64,000 bases of DNA, taken from positions 35,927 to 99,926 of the forward strand of contig CP010425.1 in assembly GCA_000830295.1 (NCBI GenBank), in the 5' to 3' direction. Origin of the DNA: an archaeon GW2011_AR15. GTDB taxonomy: Archaea; Nanobdellota; Nanobdellia; Woesearchaeales; GW2011-AR15. Under the pieces are notes generated by a model that was not told where the DNA came from, searched no databases, and was given only the letters and a program-made list of their open reading frames with translations. The translations under genes were made by a program, and so were the position numbers. Shown piece by piece: positions 38,079 through 45,987 of this stretch (position 1 is its first letter; each line of letters opens with the position of its first letter).

Positions 38079-39095
38079 ATGCGAAAAGCCAGCATGAAAA
38101 TTTATTATGATCCTCACCAATTCTCTGATGTTAAGGCACTCATGAATCTGTACTGGTATACGGCCGGTAAAAGCAGCAAGGCGATATTATTCAAAGATTC
38201 CCCTGTAGTAAATGACCATAACAGCGTATCTGAAGAAAAACTTCCTATAGCAGAGACTTGGAGAGGCAATACGCTTTGTATCAGCACTTACGCAGATTTT
38301 TCTAATTCATTGAACTCGGGCGGTTTAACCCTTCAGATAGATGCAAAACTTCTCCATAACTGCGGCTCTGTTTCTTCATTGGAGGATAAAATAAAGGCAA
38401 GAAAAAAACTGGACATTCCAGATGATATGCCTATTGTAGTGATAGGGTTTGTGAAAGGATCAAACATTGGCTTGCTTAACCATCTGCTGAAAAAGATTTC
38501 AGAGCTAAGCAGGATATATCTCTTTCCCAGCTGGGGGACACTGGGCACTCTGCCGCATAACCCAAACTTGATGAAGCATCCGAATATAGAAATAATAGAT
38601 ACATATGGTGAGCTTGAGAATTATTTTAAGTGTGCTGATATCGCCCTTTATGCTGACACAATTTCACCAAGGGAGGGGATAATGCACAATTATATTGAGG
38701 CAACAGCAGGCGGATTGCTTTACTGCGTTGAGCCAAGCAGGTCAAGAAGCCAGTATGGATTCAAGGAACTGCTCAAGGGAGGCTCAATAGTTTCATGCCA
38801 AAGTCTAGATGAGGTGAGCAACAGGATTGCAGTGCATCTTGGGTGCGGGACTCTGGAAAAAGATATCGAAGCCTCACAGATACCGAGAGATCGGCACATA
38901 AAAAAAACTATTGACACCTATCTCCCTGTATTAGCAAAATGGATAAACTTTATATCAGATGCAGGAAACCATGCTGAAATAGAAGGGTTTCCTGCTGCAG
39001 ACCTTAAAGTGTACTGGAGAAAAGACCCTCTTGTTGTCAGGCTTCTGCATCCTGTCAGCAGATATAAAGGAGTGTCAGACAGTATAGTGCCTTAA
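38079..39095 (+). CDS. hypothetical protein, weak resemblance to GT-B glycosyltransferase C-terminal half
   Basis: The segment RKKLDIPDDMPIVVIGFV resembles the GT1/GT4 nucleotide-sugar domain. Confidence 0.3.
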   Translation: MRKASMKIYYDPHQFSDVKALMNLYWYTAGKSSKAILFKDSPVVNDHNSVSEEKLPIAETWRGNTLCISTYADFSNSLNSGGLTLQIDAKLLHNCGSVSSLEDKIKARKKLDIPDDMPIVVIGFVKGSNIGLLNHLLKKISELSRIYLFPSWGTLGTLPHNPNLMKHPNIEIIDTYGELENYFKCADIALYADTISPREGIMHNYIEATAGGLLYCVEPSRSRSQYGFKELLKGGSIVSCQSLDEVSNRIAVHLGCGTLEKDIEASQIPRDRHIKKTIDTYLPVLAKWINFISDAGNHAEIEGFPAADLKVYWRKDPLVVRLLHPVSRYKGVSDSIVP

Positions 39096-39103
39096 TTCTG
39101 TTA

Positions 39104-39134
39104 TCAAGCACACAATTAAAAAAAATGGGCCTGA
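39104..39134. repeat. 31-bp direct repeat copy 1 (duplicate of the tRNA-Ile 3' end plus downstream 22 bp)
   Basis: tcaagcacacaattaaaaaaaatgggcctga differs at a single position from copy 2. Confidence 0.7.
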
Positions 39135-39189
39135 CTTGATTCCCACCAATCCTTTTCAGCATTGATGGGGAAAGTGTGTTTCCCTTCGG
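39135..39189 (-). repeat. conserved tRNA-trailer element, copy A (downstream of tRNA-Ile)
   Basis: In tRNA orientation it contains TTTCCCCATCAATGCTGAAAAGGATTGGTGGGAATCA, about 85 percent identical to the element downstream of tRNA-Ser. Confidence 0.55.
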
Positions 39190-39220
39190 TCAAGCACACA
39201 ATTAAAAAAAGTGGGCCTGA
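39190..39220. repeat. 31-bp direct repeat copy 2 (overlaps the genuine 3' end of tRNA-Ile)
   Basis: tcaagcacacaattaaaaaaagtgggcctga. It is 55 bp from copy 1. Confidence 0.7.
39204..39210 (-). terminator. oligo-T tract directly after tRNA-Ile
   Basis: T7 on the transcribed strand begins 2 nt after the discriminator base. Confidence 0.5.
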
Positions 39221-39315
39221 GCGGATTTGAACCGCCGACCAATGGCTTTCTTAGATAACATGTACCAATGGCGGTCATATAAGACCATCGCTCCACCAGG
39301 CTAAGCTACAGGCCC
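39212..39315 (-). tRNA. tRNA-Ile with anticodon UAU, containing a 30-nt canonical BHB intron (plus-strand 39248-39277) after position 37
   Basis: Folded by hand. Acceptor GGGCCTG/CAGGCCC; D-stem GCTT/GAGC; anticodon stem ATGGT/GCCAT; loop CTTATA|intron|A; T-arm GGCGG-TTCAAAT-CCGCT. Loop nt 32-35 (CTTA) pair perfectly with intron TAAG, giving 3-nt bulges at both splice sites. Confidence 0.65.
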
Positions 39316-39365
39316 GTAAAAAGACCCTGGTGTGATGCCATGGAAACTTAATCGATTTTTATAGT

Positions 39366-39668
39366 TTACTCATTCCCGACGACTTCATTGTGCTGGGTTT
39401 CGAGTTTCTTCACGAAGAAGTTGAGGCAGTCTAGCCCGCAGAAAGTTGCTTTTTTCCTGAAATCCTCAGGGCCGAAAAATAATGCGTATCTGGGCTCGCC
39501 TTCATGGACTGTGCCGCAGGTGGCGCATATGTTGGAAGGGAATTTTTTCTCAAACCCCTCCAGCCTGGCCTTCAGCAGCCTGGCTATGTTGCCCTCATAC
39601 AGGTCCTTCTCTATTGCTTTTAAGTCCTTATAATTCATAGAACTAATCATGTTTGAGAGCCGGTTCAT
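39366..39668 (-). CDS. hypothetical small Cys-containing protein
   Basis: 100 aa with CATCG...CGLDC pairs, a possible zinc-binding fold. Lies between the two tRNA genes. Confidence 0.35.
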   Translation of the reverse strand: MNRLSNMISSMNYKDLKAIEKDLYEGNIARLLKARLEGFEKKFPSNICATCGTVHEGEPRYALFFGPEDFRKKATFCGLDCLNFFVKKLETQHNEVVGNE

Positions 39669-39798
39669 ATGTAAATCCTATATAGGAGTGCTGTTTATAT
39701 TCTTTTTCCTTTTCCAATTATGAAAATTCACTGAAATCTCTTTTTGTAGTGAATTTTCAACTTGAAAATCAGCTAAAGTGATTTTCAATTAAGAAAAC

Positions 39799-39806
39799 TA
39801 TAAAAA
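39799..39806 (+). promoter_or_regulatory. TATA box (TATAAAAA) with upstream purine-rich BRE-like GAAAAC for tRNA-Ser
   Basis: Ends 26 nt upstream of the first tRNA nucleotide (39832). Confidence 0.45.
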
Positions 39807-39831
39807 ACAACATGAATTACTTGGATAATAT

Positions 39832-39958
39832 GCCGCGGTCGCATAGCCCGGCCATTGCGATGGATTGCTAGGAGCTTTTGTTCCTCAGAAACCTACACTG
39901 GCCCACAAATATCCATTGTCCTTTTTGGGACACGTGAGTTCAAATCTCACCCGCGGCG
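39832..39958 (+). tRNA. class II tRNA-Ser(GCU) with about 40-nt intron (39871-39910) in the anticodon loop
   Basis: Acceptor GCCGCGG/CCGCGGC; anticodon stem ATGGA/TCCAT; loop TTGCTA|intron|A; long variable arm GTCC-TTTTTG-GGAC; T-arm GTGAG-TTCAAAT-CTCAC. The BHB is relaxed (3 of 4 central pairs). Confidence 0.55.
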
Positions 39959-39960
39959 TC

Positions 39961-39967
39961 TTTTTTT
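39961..39967 (+). terminator. oligo-T tract directly after tRNA-Ser
   Basis: T7 begins 3 nt after the discriminator base. Confidence 0.5.
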
Positions 39968-39969
39968 CA

Positions 39970-40046
39970 AGTGTGGCTAAGTGAAACGCATGCCGCACCT
40001 GTTTTCCATCAATGCTTTTTCTAAAAGGATTGGTAAGAATCACACT
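39970..40046 (+). repeat. conserved tRNA-trailer element, copy B (downstream of tRNA-Ser), flanked by CGCGGCGyCTTTTTTCA direct repeats
   Basis: Contains TTTTCCATCAATGCT...AAAAGGATTGGTAAGAATCA. The direct repeat at 39952-39969 recurs at 40047-40063. Confidence 0.55.
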
Positions 40047-40099
40047 TCGCGGCGCTTTTTTCATCAGTTTTATAAACCAGCACTGATTTTCTATATGCC

Positions 40100-40858
40100 A
40101 TGAAAAGCAAAATATTCCTTCTCTTCATAGGCACATTGTTCTTAATAGCTGCATGCACAAAAACACAGAATATTACCTCATTTGAGGAATGCGCAGCAGC
40201 AGGCTATCCTGTAATGGAAAGCTATCCGAGGCAGTGCAGGGCAAACGGAGAATTATTTGTTGAAGAAATGGTTGAACTTGCATGGACAGGATTTATTCAA
40301 TGCCCTGATGAAAAGCCTGAAGTATGTACAGCAGATTATAGACCAGTATGCGCGCTAAAAGACAACGGTCTCAGATGTATCAAAGCACCATGCCAGAGCT
40401 TTGATGCTGTAACAATGGGCAATGACTGTACAGCCTGCGGAGATGCAGAGGTATTTGGGTATTATCCTGGTGAGTGTGAATACAGAAGGTTTGTAATATG
40501 TGAAGAAACAGAAAAAGGATTTAATATAACAAAAATGGCAGAAGAATATGGGTGGGATTGTGTGGACATCTGCCCCGGCAACTATGATGAGTATTATACG
40601 CAGATAGGGTCAACGGCATGCATAATCCATTACGGAGAGGAAGAGATAAGTGAGTGGGAAACCTGCGATAGGTCTTCTGATTCTTGCAACTGCGTCAAGG
40701 CATATGAGACAACAGATGGTCACAAGAGTGCAGAAGAAGTGCAGGTTGAAAACGCAAAATTCAGGTGCGTGCCTGAGGAGTATGCTGAAAGGCTGCTGTT
40801 CAGGGGCGGGCAGGAAAGATTAGATGAGAACGGCGAATCCTCCACTATAATTGCCTAA
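40100..40858 (+). CDS. secreted Cys-rich lipoprotein with Kazal-like protease-inhibitor-type domain
   Basis: Signal peptide plus lipobox LIAAC. CTADYRPVCALKDNGLRCIKAPC matches the Kazal Y-x-PVC...C spacing. There are more than 20 Cys. Confidence 0.5.
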   Translation: MKSKIFLLFIGTLFLIAACTKTQNITSFEECAAAGYPVMESYPRQCRANGELFVEEMVELAWTGFIQCPDEKPEVCTADYRPVCALKDNGLRCIKAPCQSFDAVTMGNDCTACGDAEVFGYYPGECEYRRFVICEETEKGFNITKMAEEYGWDCVDICPGNYDEYYTQIGSTACIIHYGEEEISEWETCDRSSDSCNCVKAYETTDGHKSAEEVQVENAKFRCVPEEYAERLLFRGGQERLDENGESSTIIA

Positions 40859-40909
40859 GTATTCTGCTTTGATAAAGTATTTATACTCCTTCTGTTCAAT
40901 AATACTAAA

Positions 40910-41647
40910 ATGCTGAACAAAGTTGCTGTTGTGACCGGGGCTGTAAAGGGAATCGGCCTGGGCATAGCAGAAGAATTTGCAAGGCAGGGTTCTTATGTTG
41001 TCATAGCTGACCTTGAAAAAGAGGAGTGCGATAAGACAGCAAAGGAGATTGAGGCAAAATTCAAAGTAATGGCCCTCGGGATAAAATGCGACATGGCCAG
41101 CCAGAAGGATGTGAAAAACCTTGTCAGCCAGACAGTAAAGAAATTCGGGAAGCTGGATATTTTCGTCAATAATGCAGGCATCTATCCTTTCAAGCCTATT
41201 CTTGAAATAACTGAGCAGGATTGGGACAAAGTCCTGGATATCAACCTTAAGGGCTCATTCTTCAGCATATCAGAGGCTGCAAAAGCCATGCAGCCAGGAG
41301 GAAAGATTGTCATAATCTCCTCAATCGCATCACTGGTCGGCTTCAGCGGGCTGAGCCATTACTGCGCTTCAAAAGGCGGAGTAAACGGGTTAGTGAGGGC
41401 TGCTGCCCTGGAGCTTGCAGCGAAAAAAATAAATGTAAATGCTGTTGCACCCGGAGCAATAGAGACACCAGGGGCAACAGGAGCAATGGATGAGAAAGCA
41501 AGACAGCAGACTATGGCTGCAATCCCATGGAAAAGATGGGGCCAGCCGGAAGATATTGCCCACGCTGCAGTATTCCTGTGCTCAGAAAAAGCAGACTACA
41601 TCACCGGCCAGGTAATTGTTGTGGACGGCGGCTGGACTTTACAGTAG
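40910..41647 (+). CDS. short-chain dehydrogenase/reductase (FabG-like)
   Basis: TGAVKGIG, NNAG and YCASK motifs. Confidence 0.8.
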   Translation: MLNKVAVVTGAVKGIGLGIAEEFARQGSYVVIADLEKEECDKTAKEIEAKFKVMALGIKCDMASQKDVKNLVSQTVKKFGKLDIFVNNAGIYPFKPILEITEQDWDKVLDINLKGSFFSISEAAKAMQPGGKIVIISSIASLVGFSGLSHYCASKGGVNGLVRAAALELAAKKINVNAVAPGAIETPGATGAMDEKARQQTMAAIPWKRWGQPEDIAHAAVFLCSEKADYITGQVIVVDGGWTLQ

Positions 41648-41713
41648 GTTTCTATAAAACAAAATCAATAAAAAAAAATTATATTGAGAATTCTTTTAAT
41701 CAAGAACCTGTGT

Positions 41714-41905
41714 TTACGCTTTTGACACGTTGACAGCTTTAGGGCCTTTGTCGCCCGTGGCTACGTCAAAAGTTACTTTGTCATTCTCACGAATTGAAAC
41801 GCCGTCATTTAATCCGGTCTGGTGGACAAAATACTCTGTTCCATCATCGCCGGCTATGAAGCCGAATCTCTTCATGTTGTTAAAGAACTTAACAACTCCT
41901 TCCAT
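41714..41905 (-). CDS. cold-shock protein (CspA family)
   Basis: GVVKFFNNMKRFGFI and VHQTGL carry the RNP1/RNP2 motifs. 63 aa. Confidence 0.8.
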   Translation of the reverse strand: MEGVVKFFNNMKRFGFIAGDDGTEYFVHQTGLNDGVSIRENDKVTFDVATGDKGPKAVNVSKA

Positions 41906-41972
41906 TATTCTCCCTCCTGGTGTGTTTTAATAAGTCTAATAAGTGTGCAATATTGAACTTGTTTATAAAGCT

Positions 41973-43157
41973 TCATCTTCTGCCGTGCCTGAACCCGCTT
42001 TTTCTGAAGAATCTCCCTTCTCTTCTCTGCGGGGCTTCTATCATGATCCTGTCGATTCTCGGGACATCCACTTTCTGTATGTTGATGCTCGTATCCCTCA
42101 GCACCCTGTCAAAATTCTCATAATCCCTTTCAGTGAGTATGCTTATTGCTTTCCCCTCGTGCCCTGCTCTTGCAGTCCTTCCTATCCTGTGGATATACTG
42201 CTTGCTCTCTTTCGGGATGTCGTAATTATAGACATGGGAAACCCCCTCTATATGGAGCCCCCTGGCTGCAACATCAGTGCATACCAGCACCCCGACTTTG
42301 CCTTCGTGGAATCTTTCCATGGTATGGTTCCTTTTTGACTGGGACAGGCCGCCATGTGTTGCCATTGCCTGGATTCCCTGCTTCTGCAGGTTCCTGGCCA
42401 CAACATCAGTAAACCTCTGCGTGTTGCAGAACACCATCACGAGCCCTGATGTCTCGTTCTTAAGAAGGTGGGCAAGCAGCGAGAATTTCATGTTCACCGG
42501 CACCTGGTAATAGAACTGCTCCAGTTTTGAAGGATCAACATATGCTTCAACCCTGAGGACAACCGGATCCCTCATATATCTCTGGGCAATACCGCGGATA
42601 TCGCTTGATATCGTGGCAGAATATAATAAAGTCTGTCTGTCTGCCGGGCATTCCCTAAGTATATTATTGACATCGTCAATGAATCCCATGTCCAGCATCC
42701 TGTCAGCCTCGTCAAGCACAGCAATCCTGATTTTGCTTAGGTCCAGCGTCCCTCTTGACATGTGGTCCAGGACCCTGCCCGGGGTGCCGACAACAACCTC
42801 TGCGCTGTGGAGCTTTTCCATCTGCGGGTTTATTGAGACTCCGCCGTATATGGACGCAACCCTCAGCCTTTTGTATTTTGAAAAAAGAACCATTGACTCT
42901 GATACCTGCTCTGCAAGCTCCCTTGTCGGCGTGAGTATGATTGCCTGTATGCCTTGTCCGGGCTCAACTATTTTTATGACTGCGCTTGCAAATGCCAGTG
43001 TCTTCCCTGAGCCTGTCGCAGAACCTGCGATAACATCCTTCCCTGAAAGTATGACAGGGATTGATTTCTCCTGTATTTCTGTGGGATCCTGAAAGCCCTG
43101 CTCCTCAATGGATTTCAGCACAGGCTCTATTATTCCTAATTCCCTAAATGTTTTCAT
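41973..43157 (-). CDS. DEAD-box ATP-dependent RNA helicase
   Basis: Q-motif, GSATGSGKT, DEAD, SAT and HRIGRTAR. Confidence 0.85.
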   Translation of the reverse strand: MKTFRELGIIEPVLKSIEEQGFQDPTEIQEKSIPVILSGKDVIAGSATGSGKTLAFASAVIKIVEPGQGIQAIILTPTRELAEQVSESMVLFSKYKRLRVASIYGGVSINPQMEKLHSAEVVVGTPGRVLDHMSRGTLDLSKIRIAVLDEADRMLDMGFIDDVNNILRECPADRQTLLYSATISSDIRGIAQRYMRDPVVLRVEAYVDPSKLEQFYYQVPVNMKFSLLAHLLKNETSGLVMVFCNTQRFTDVVARNLQKQGIQAMATHGGLSQSKRNHTMERFHEGKVGVLVCTDVAARGLHIEGVSHVYNYDIPKESKQYIHRIGRTARAGHEGKAISILTERDYENFDRVLRDTSINIQKVDVPRIDRIMIEAPQRREGRFFRKSGFRHGRR

Positions 43158-43380
43158 TTAATTTACCTCTTGAAAATCTGCAATTATGTAAAGAAAAAGT
43201 CGGGTTGTAACTGCCTTTTCTTTCTAACCAGTTTTCTGTATTATTATGAAGAGTTGGCCCTCTCTATATAAAGCTATGCATTCAGAGGAGAAAAACAGCT
43301 TTTTCCGTCGGGAGTTTTCGGTAAAAAGATTTATATACTATTATACCCTAATATGATAAAAATCTAAAAGGTGAAAATCA

Positions 43381-43575
43381 ATGGAAGAACATGAACACAC
43401 ACATGGCTGTATGGGAAGTAAGTGGCTGGTCGTAGGCCTGCTTGTAATAGCAAACAACTATTACGCATGGTTTGACTGGTGGTATTTCCTGGGTGGCCTG
43501 TTGGTGCTTAAAGGGCTCTGGCTGCTGGTAATGAAGGGCCACTGCATGTGTCACGGGAAAAAATCCAAGAAATAG
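43381..43575 (+). CDS. small two-TM protein with His/Cys-rich termini
   Basis: N-terminus MEEHEHTHGC and C-terminus GHCMCHGKK flank a W-rich hydrophobic core. Confidence 0.35.
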   Translation: MEEHEHTHGCMGSKWLVVGLLVIANNYYAWFDWWYFLGGLLVLKGLWLLVMKGHCMCHGKKSKK

Positions 43576-43583
43576 GATACCCT

Positions 43584-43751
43584 ATGATACATAATGCTGT
43601 TAAGATAGTTTCACTAATTTTTATTTTTCTTCTTTCCCTTAACCTGCTGCTTCTGGCTTTGGGAAAAATAAGCGTCCTGCTTTTCTGGATCATACTCCTG
43701 CTTGGGGCAGTTGCATCATTTCTCATAAACAGGGTCATAAAACAAAAGTAA
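43584..43751 (+). CDS. small membrane protein
   Basis: Two TM helices. The start is taken at MIHNAVK. Confidence 0.3.
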   Translation: MIHNAVKIVSLIFIFLLSLNLLLLALGKISVLLFWIILLLGAVASFLINRVIKQK

Positions 43752-43779
43752 TTTATACATACCCCTAATCTAGATAAGC

Positions 43780-44139
43780 ATGGCATATCCGGGACAACCT
43801 GGCGGGCATGGTCATGGGCTTAAGCACGGCGATGACCACGGCCATTATCCTGAAGAGGAGCTTCTCAAGCAGATGGGAAACAGGGCATACAGCCTGACCC
43901 ATAATGAAAAAGAGAATGTAGATGAGATTGAAAGGCAGCTGAAATCAGGAAACCGGTTTTCGCATGATGAGCTTCACCAGTTCCAGCATTACCTTGAGCA
44001 TGCAAGCCACGAGCTGAAAGAAATACTCCAGGAAGAGCAGGAGGACCATATACATAACCTCCAGCTTGAAAAAGACCTCAGGCGGGTAGCACAGCTGCTC
44101 GGGGAAGTATCAATGCTTCTTGAGAGGCACCATCACTGA
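43780..44139 (+). CDS. His-rich soluble protein
   Basis: N-terminus PGGHGHGLKHGDDHGHYP, multiple HxxxH and H-x-x-E spacings, C-terminal HHH. Confidence 0.4.
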   Translation: MAYPGQPGGHGHGLKHGDDHGHYPEEELLKQMGNRAYSLTHNEKENVDEIERQLKSGNRFSHDELHQFQHYLEHASHELKEILQEEQEDHIHNLQLEKDLRRVAQLLGEVSMLLERHHH

Positions 44140-45291
44140 GTCCAGGACTTTCCTTATCCCTTCTGATGTTTTCTCCCAGGTATAGTTTTTTACTATTGTC
44201 TCCCTTGCTTTTTTCCCCATTCTCTCCCTTGCTGCTTCATTTTCCATAAGGTAAACTATCTTCGTATAGAGGGCATACGAGTTCTTTTTAGGGAATATCA
44301 GGCCGTTGGCGCCGTCATTGATATATTCCCTTATGAAACCCACAGGCGTAACTATGACAGGGACTTCGCAGGCCATTGCCTCCATTGTTGTAAGGGAGGT
44401 TGTTTCAATAAGGCTTGGCAGGACATAGACATCCATTGCCTGGTAATACGGCACAAGGTTGTCTTTTGGCCCTGTTATTATTATATTTTCTTTTCCCCTG
44501 AAAAGCCTTTCAATCTCCGGCCTTCCTCCGCCTGCTATCAGAAGAATGCAGTTGTCGTATTTTTTTGTAAGCCTGATAAACGCCCTGTGGAGGGTCTTCA
44601 GGTCTTTCTCAAGGCTTACTCTCCCGCCGTAGCCAACCACAAACTTTCTCGGGTCAATGCCTATATCCTCCTTTGCCTTTTCTTTGCTCTGCGGCGGCTT
44701 GTAGAGATTTATATCAACCCCCAGATGGACAACGCGCTTCTCTGAGTTTATCCTCAGCAGGCTGAGAAGCTCTGCGTGGTCAGATGAAGGGACTATTATT
44801 ATTGTGCACATATTGTACAGCCATATTGCGATTGCCTTTGTAATTATGTTAATCGGCAGCTTTATGAAATCAATGCCCTGGCTGTTAGGGAAGACTTCCC
44901 ATTCCAGCATGTGGTTGTACATTATTACGGGCTTCCTGTGCCTTTTTCCCGCAATTATCCCTGCAATGCCTATCGGGCCTATGCACTGCACCCAGACTAA
45001 ATCTGCCTTCTGCACTTCTTTGGAAACTGTCCTATAATCCACAATTGCAGAATAATAATTGTCAGCCAGCCTTACTTTCAGTATCTTAAACCTTATTATC
45101 CTTGCCTTGTACTTGGGGGCAAGCTCTCCCAGGTCAGGTGCAATCACAGTCAGCTGGTAATCATCCTCAATCCTCGGGATGAGCTCATTAAGGAAGCTTG
45201 AGATGCCGTCCCATCTCGGAAGGAAGCCGTCTGTTGCAATCAGCAGTTTTTTCATTTTATTCGGGTCCCCCGGATATTTGAAAATTTTCAA
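44110..45291 (-). CDS. glycosyltransferase family 4 (GT-B, group 1)
   Basis: The C-terminal EAMACEVPVIVTPVGFIREYINDGANGLIF matches the GT4 E-x7-E region. Confidence 0.75.
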   Translation of the reverse strand: MKIFKYPGDPNKMKKLLIATDGFLPRWDGISSFLNELIPRIEDDYQLTVIAPDLGELAPKYKARIIRFKILKVRLADNYYSAIVDYRTVSKEVQKADLVWVQCIGPIGIAGIIAGKRHRKPVIMYNHMLEWEVFPNSQGIDFIKLPINIITKAIAIWLYNMCTIIIVPSSDHAELLSLLRINSEKRVVHLGVDINLYKPPQSKEKAKEDIGIDPRKFVVGYGGRVSLEKDLKTLHRAFIRLTKKYDNCILLIAGGGRPEIERLFRGKENIIITGPKDNLVPYYQAMDVYVLPSLIETTSLTTMEAMACEVPVIVTPVGFIREYINDGANGLIFPKKNSYALYTKIVYLMENEAARERMGKKARETIVKNYTWEKTSEGIRKVLDSVMVPLKKH

Positions 45292-45299
45292 TTTTCATT

Positions 45300-45950
45300 T
45301 TACTTTATTTTATAAAATACCTCTGCATATTTCACATGGTTGTTGAATCCCTGGGTTATTGCCTGGAAGTAGATGTTCCACATAAGGGAGAGTCTTGACG
45401 GCAGCTGGCTCTTGTGCTTGTTGAATGCCTCAATCTTTACCTTGAAAGTGTCTGTTATGTCCACCACAAGCTTCGGCTGCTCCCTCTTCCTGAAATTGAG
45501 GAAAAAATTCCAGATGTTGAAAGAATACACTTCCCCTTTGTAGCTGATCTTTTCAATCAGGTCCATCGTGAACCTGTAGACTGCCCTGTGGTCAGGGTGC
45601 GGGTCGTCAAGGGAATGAGTGAATATCTTTGCAGGCTTTATTCTTTTTATTATCTCCCAGACTTTCTCATCAATCTTCCTCTCTGCAATCTCCTCTGCAA
45701 AATTCCCCTCTCTGATGCCCAGATAATAGACTTCATCTTCTCCCAGGAGTTTTGCTGCCCTCTTGGATTCCTTGACTCTTGTTTTCCTTGAAAATTCCTC
45801 CTGTATGTGGGGAAGCGAGGTCTCGCCGAAGGAAAATATCAGGGTAACTATTTTCTTGCCCTCCTTGGCATATTTTGCTATTGTCCCCCCTGCGCCAACC
45901 AGCTGGTCGTCATTATGCGCGCACAGGAAAAGCACTGATTCAGGCTCCAT
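45300..45950 (-). CDS. PIG-L/LmbE-family N-acetylglucosaminyl deacetylase
   Basis: The zinc-site motifs AHNDDQLVGAGGT and HPDH are present. Confidence 0.7.
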   Translation of the reverse strand: MEPESVLFLCAHNDDQLVGAGGTIAKYAKEGKKIVTLIFSFGETSLPHIQEEFSRKTRVKESKRAAKLLGEDEVYYLGIREGNFAEEIAERKIDEKVWEIIKRIKPAKIFTHSLDDPHPDHRAVYRFTMDLIEKISYKGEVYSFNIWNFFLNFRKREQPKLVVDITDTFKVKIEAFNKHKSQLPSRLSLMWNIYFQAITQGFNNHVKYAEVFYKIK

Positions 45951-45987
45951 TGCAGCTTTTATAGAGAAGGGGATTATTTAAAGTTTG

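Noticed and set aside
39100-39225. Reading the 31-bp direct repeats at tRNA-Ile as attL/attR of an integrated provirus or plasmid
   Set aside because: Only 55 bp separate the repeats and no integrase or other cargo is present. It is reported as a scar or mini-element observation rather than called a mobile element.
39248-39277. Alternative intron placements for tRNA-Ile that would give anticodons UAA, UGA or others
   Set aside because: Only the canonical 37/38 placement yields a perfect 4-bp central helix with two 3-nt bulges. The alternatives give no BHB.
39351-39361. TATAAAAA motif upstream of tRNA-Ile as its promoter
   Set aside because: It lies about 38-45 nt upstream of the mature 5' end, farther than the usual archaeal TATA position, and inside the 3' end of the neighbouring ORF. 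Left uncalled.
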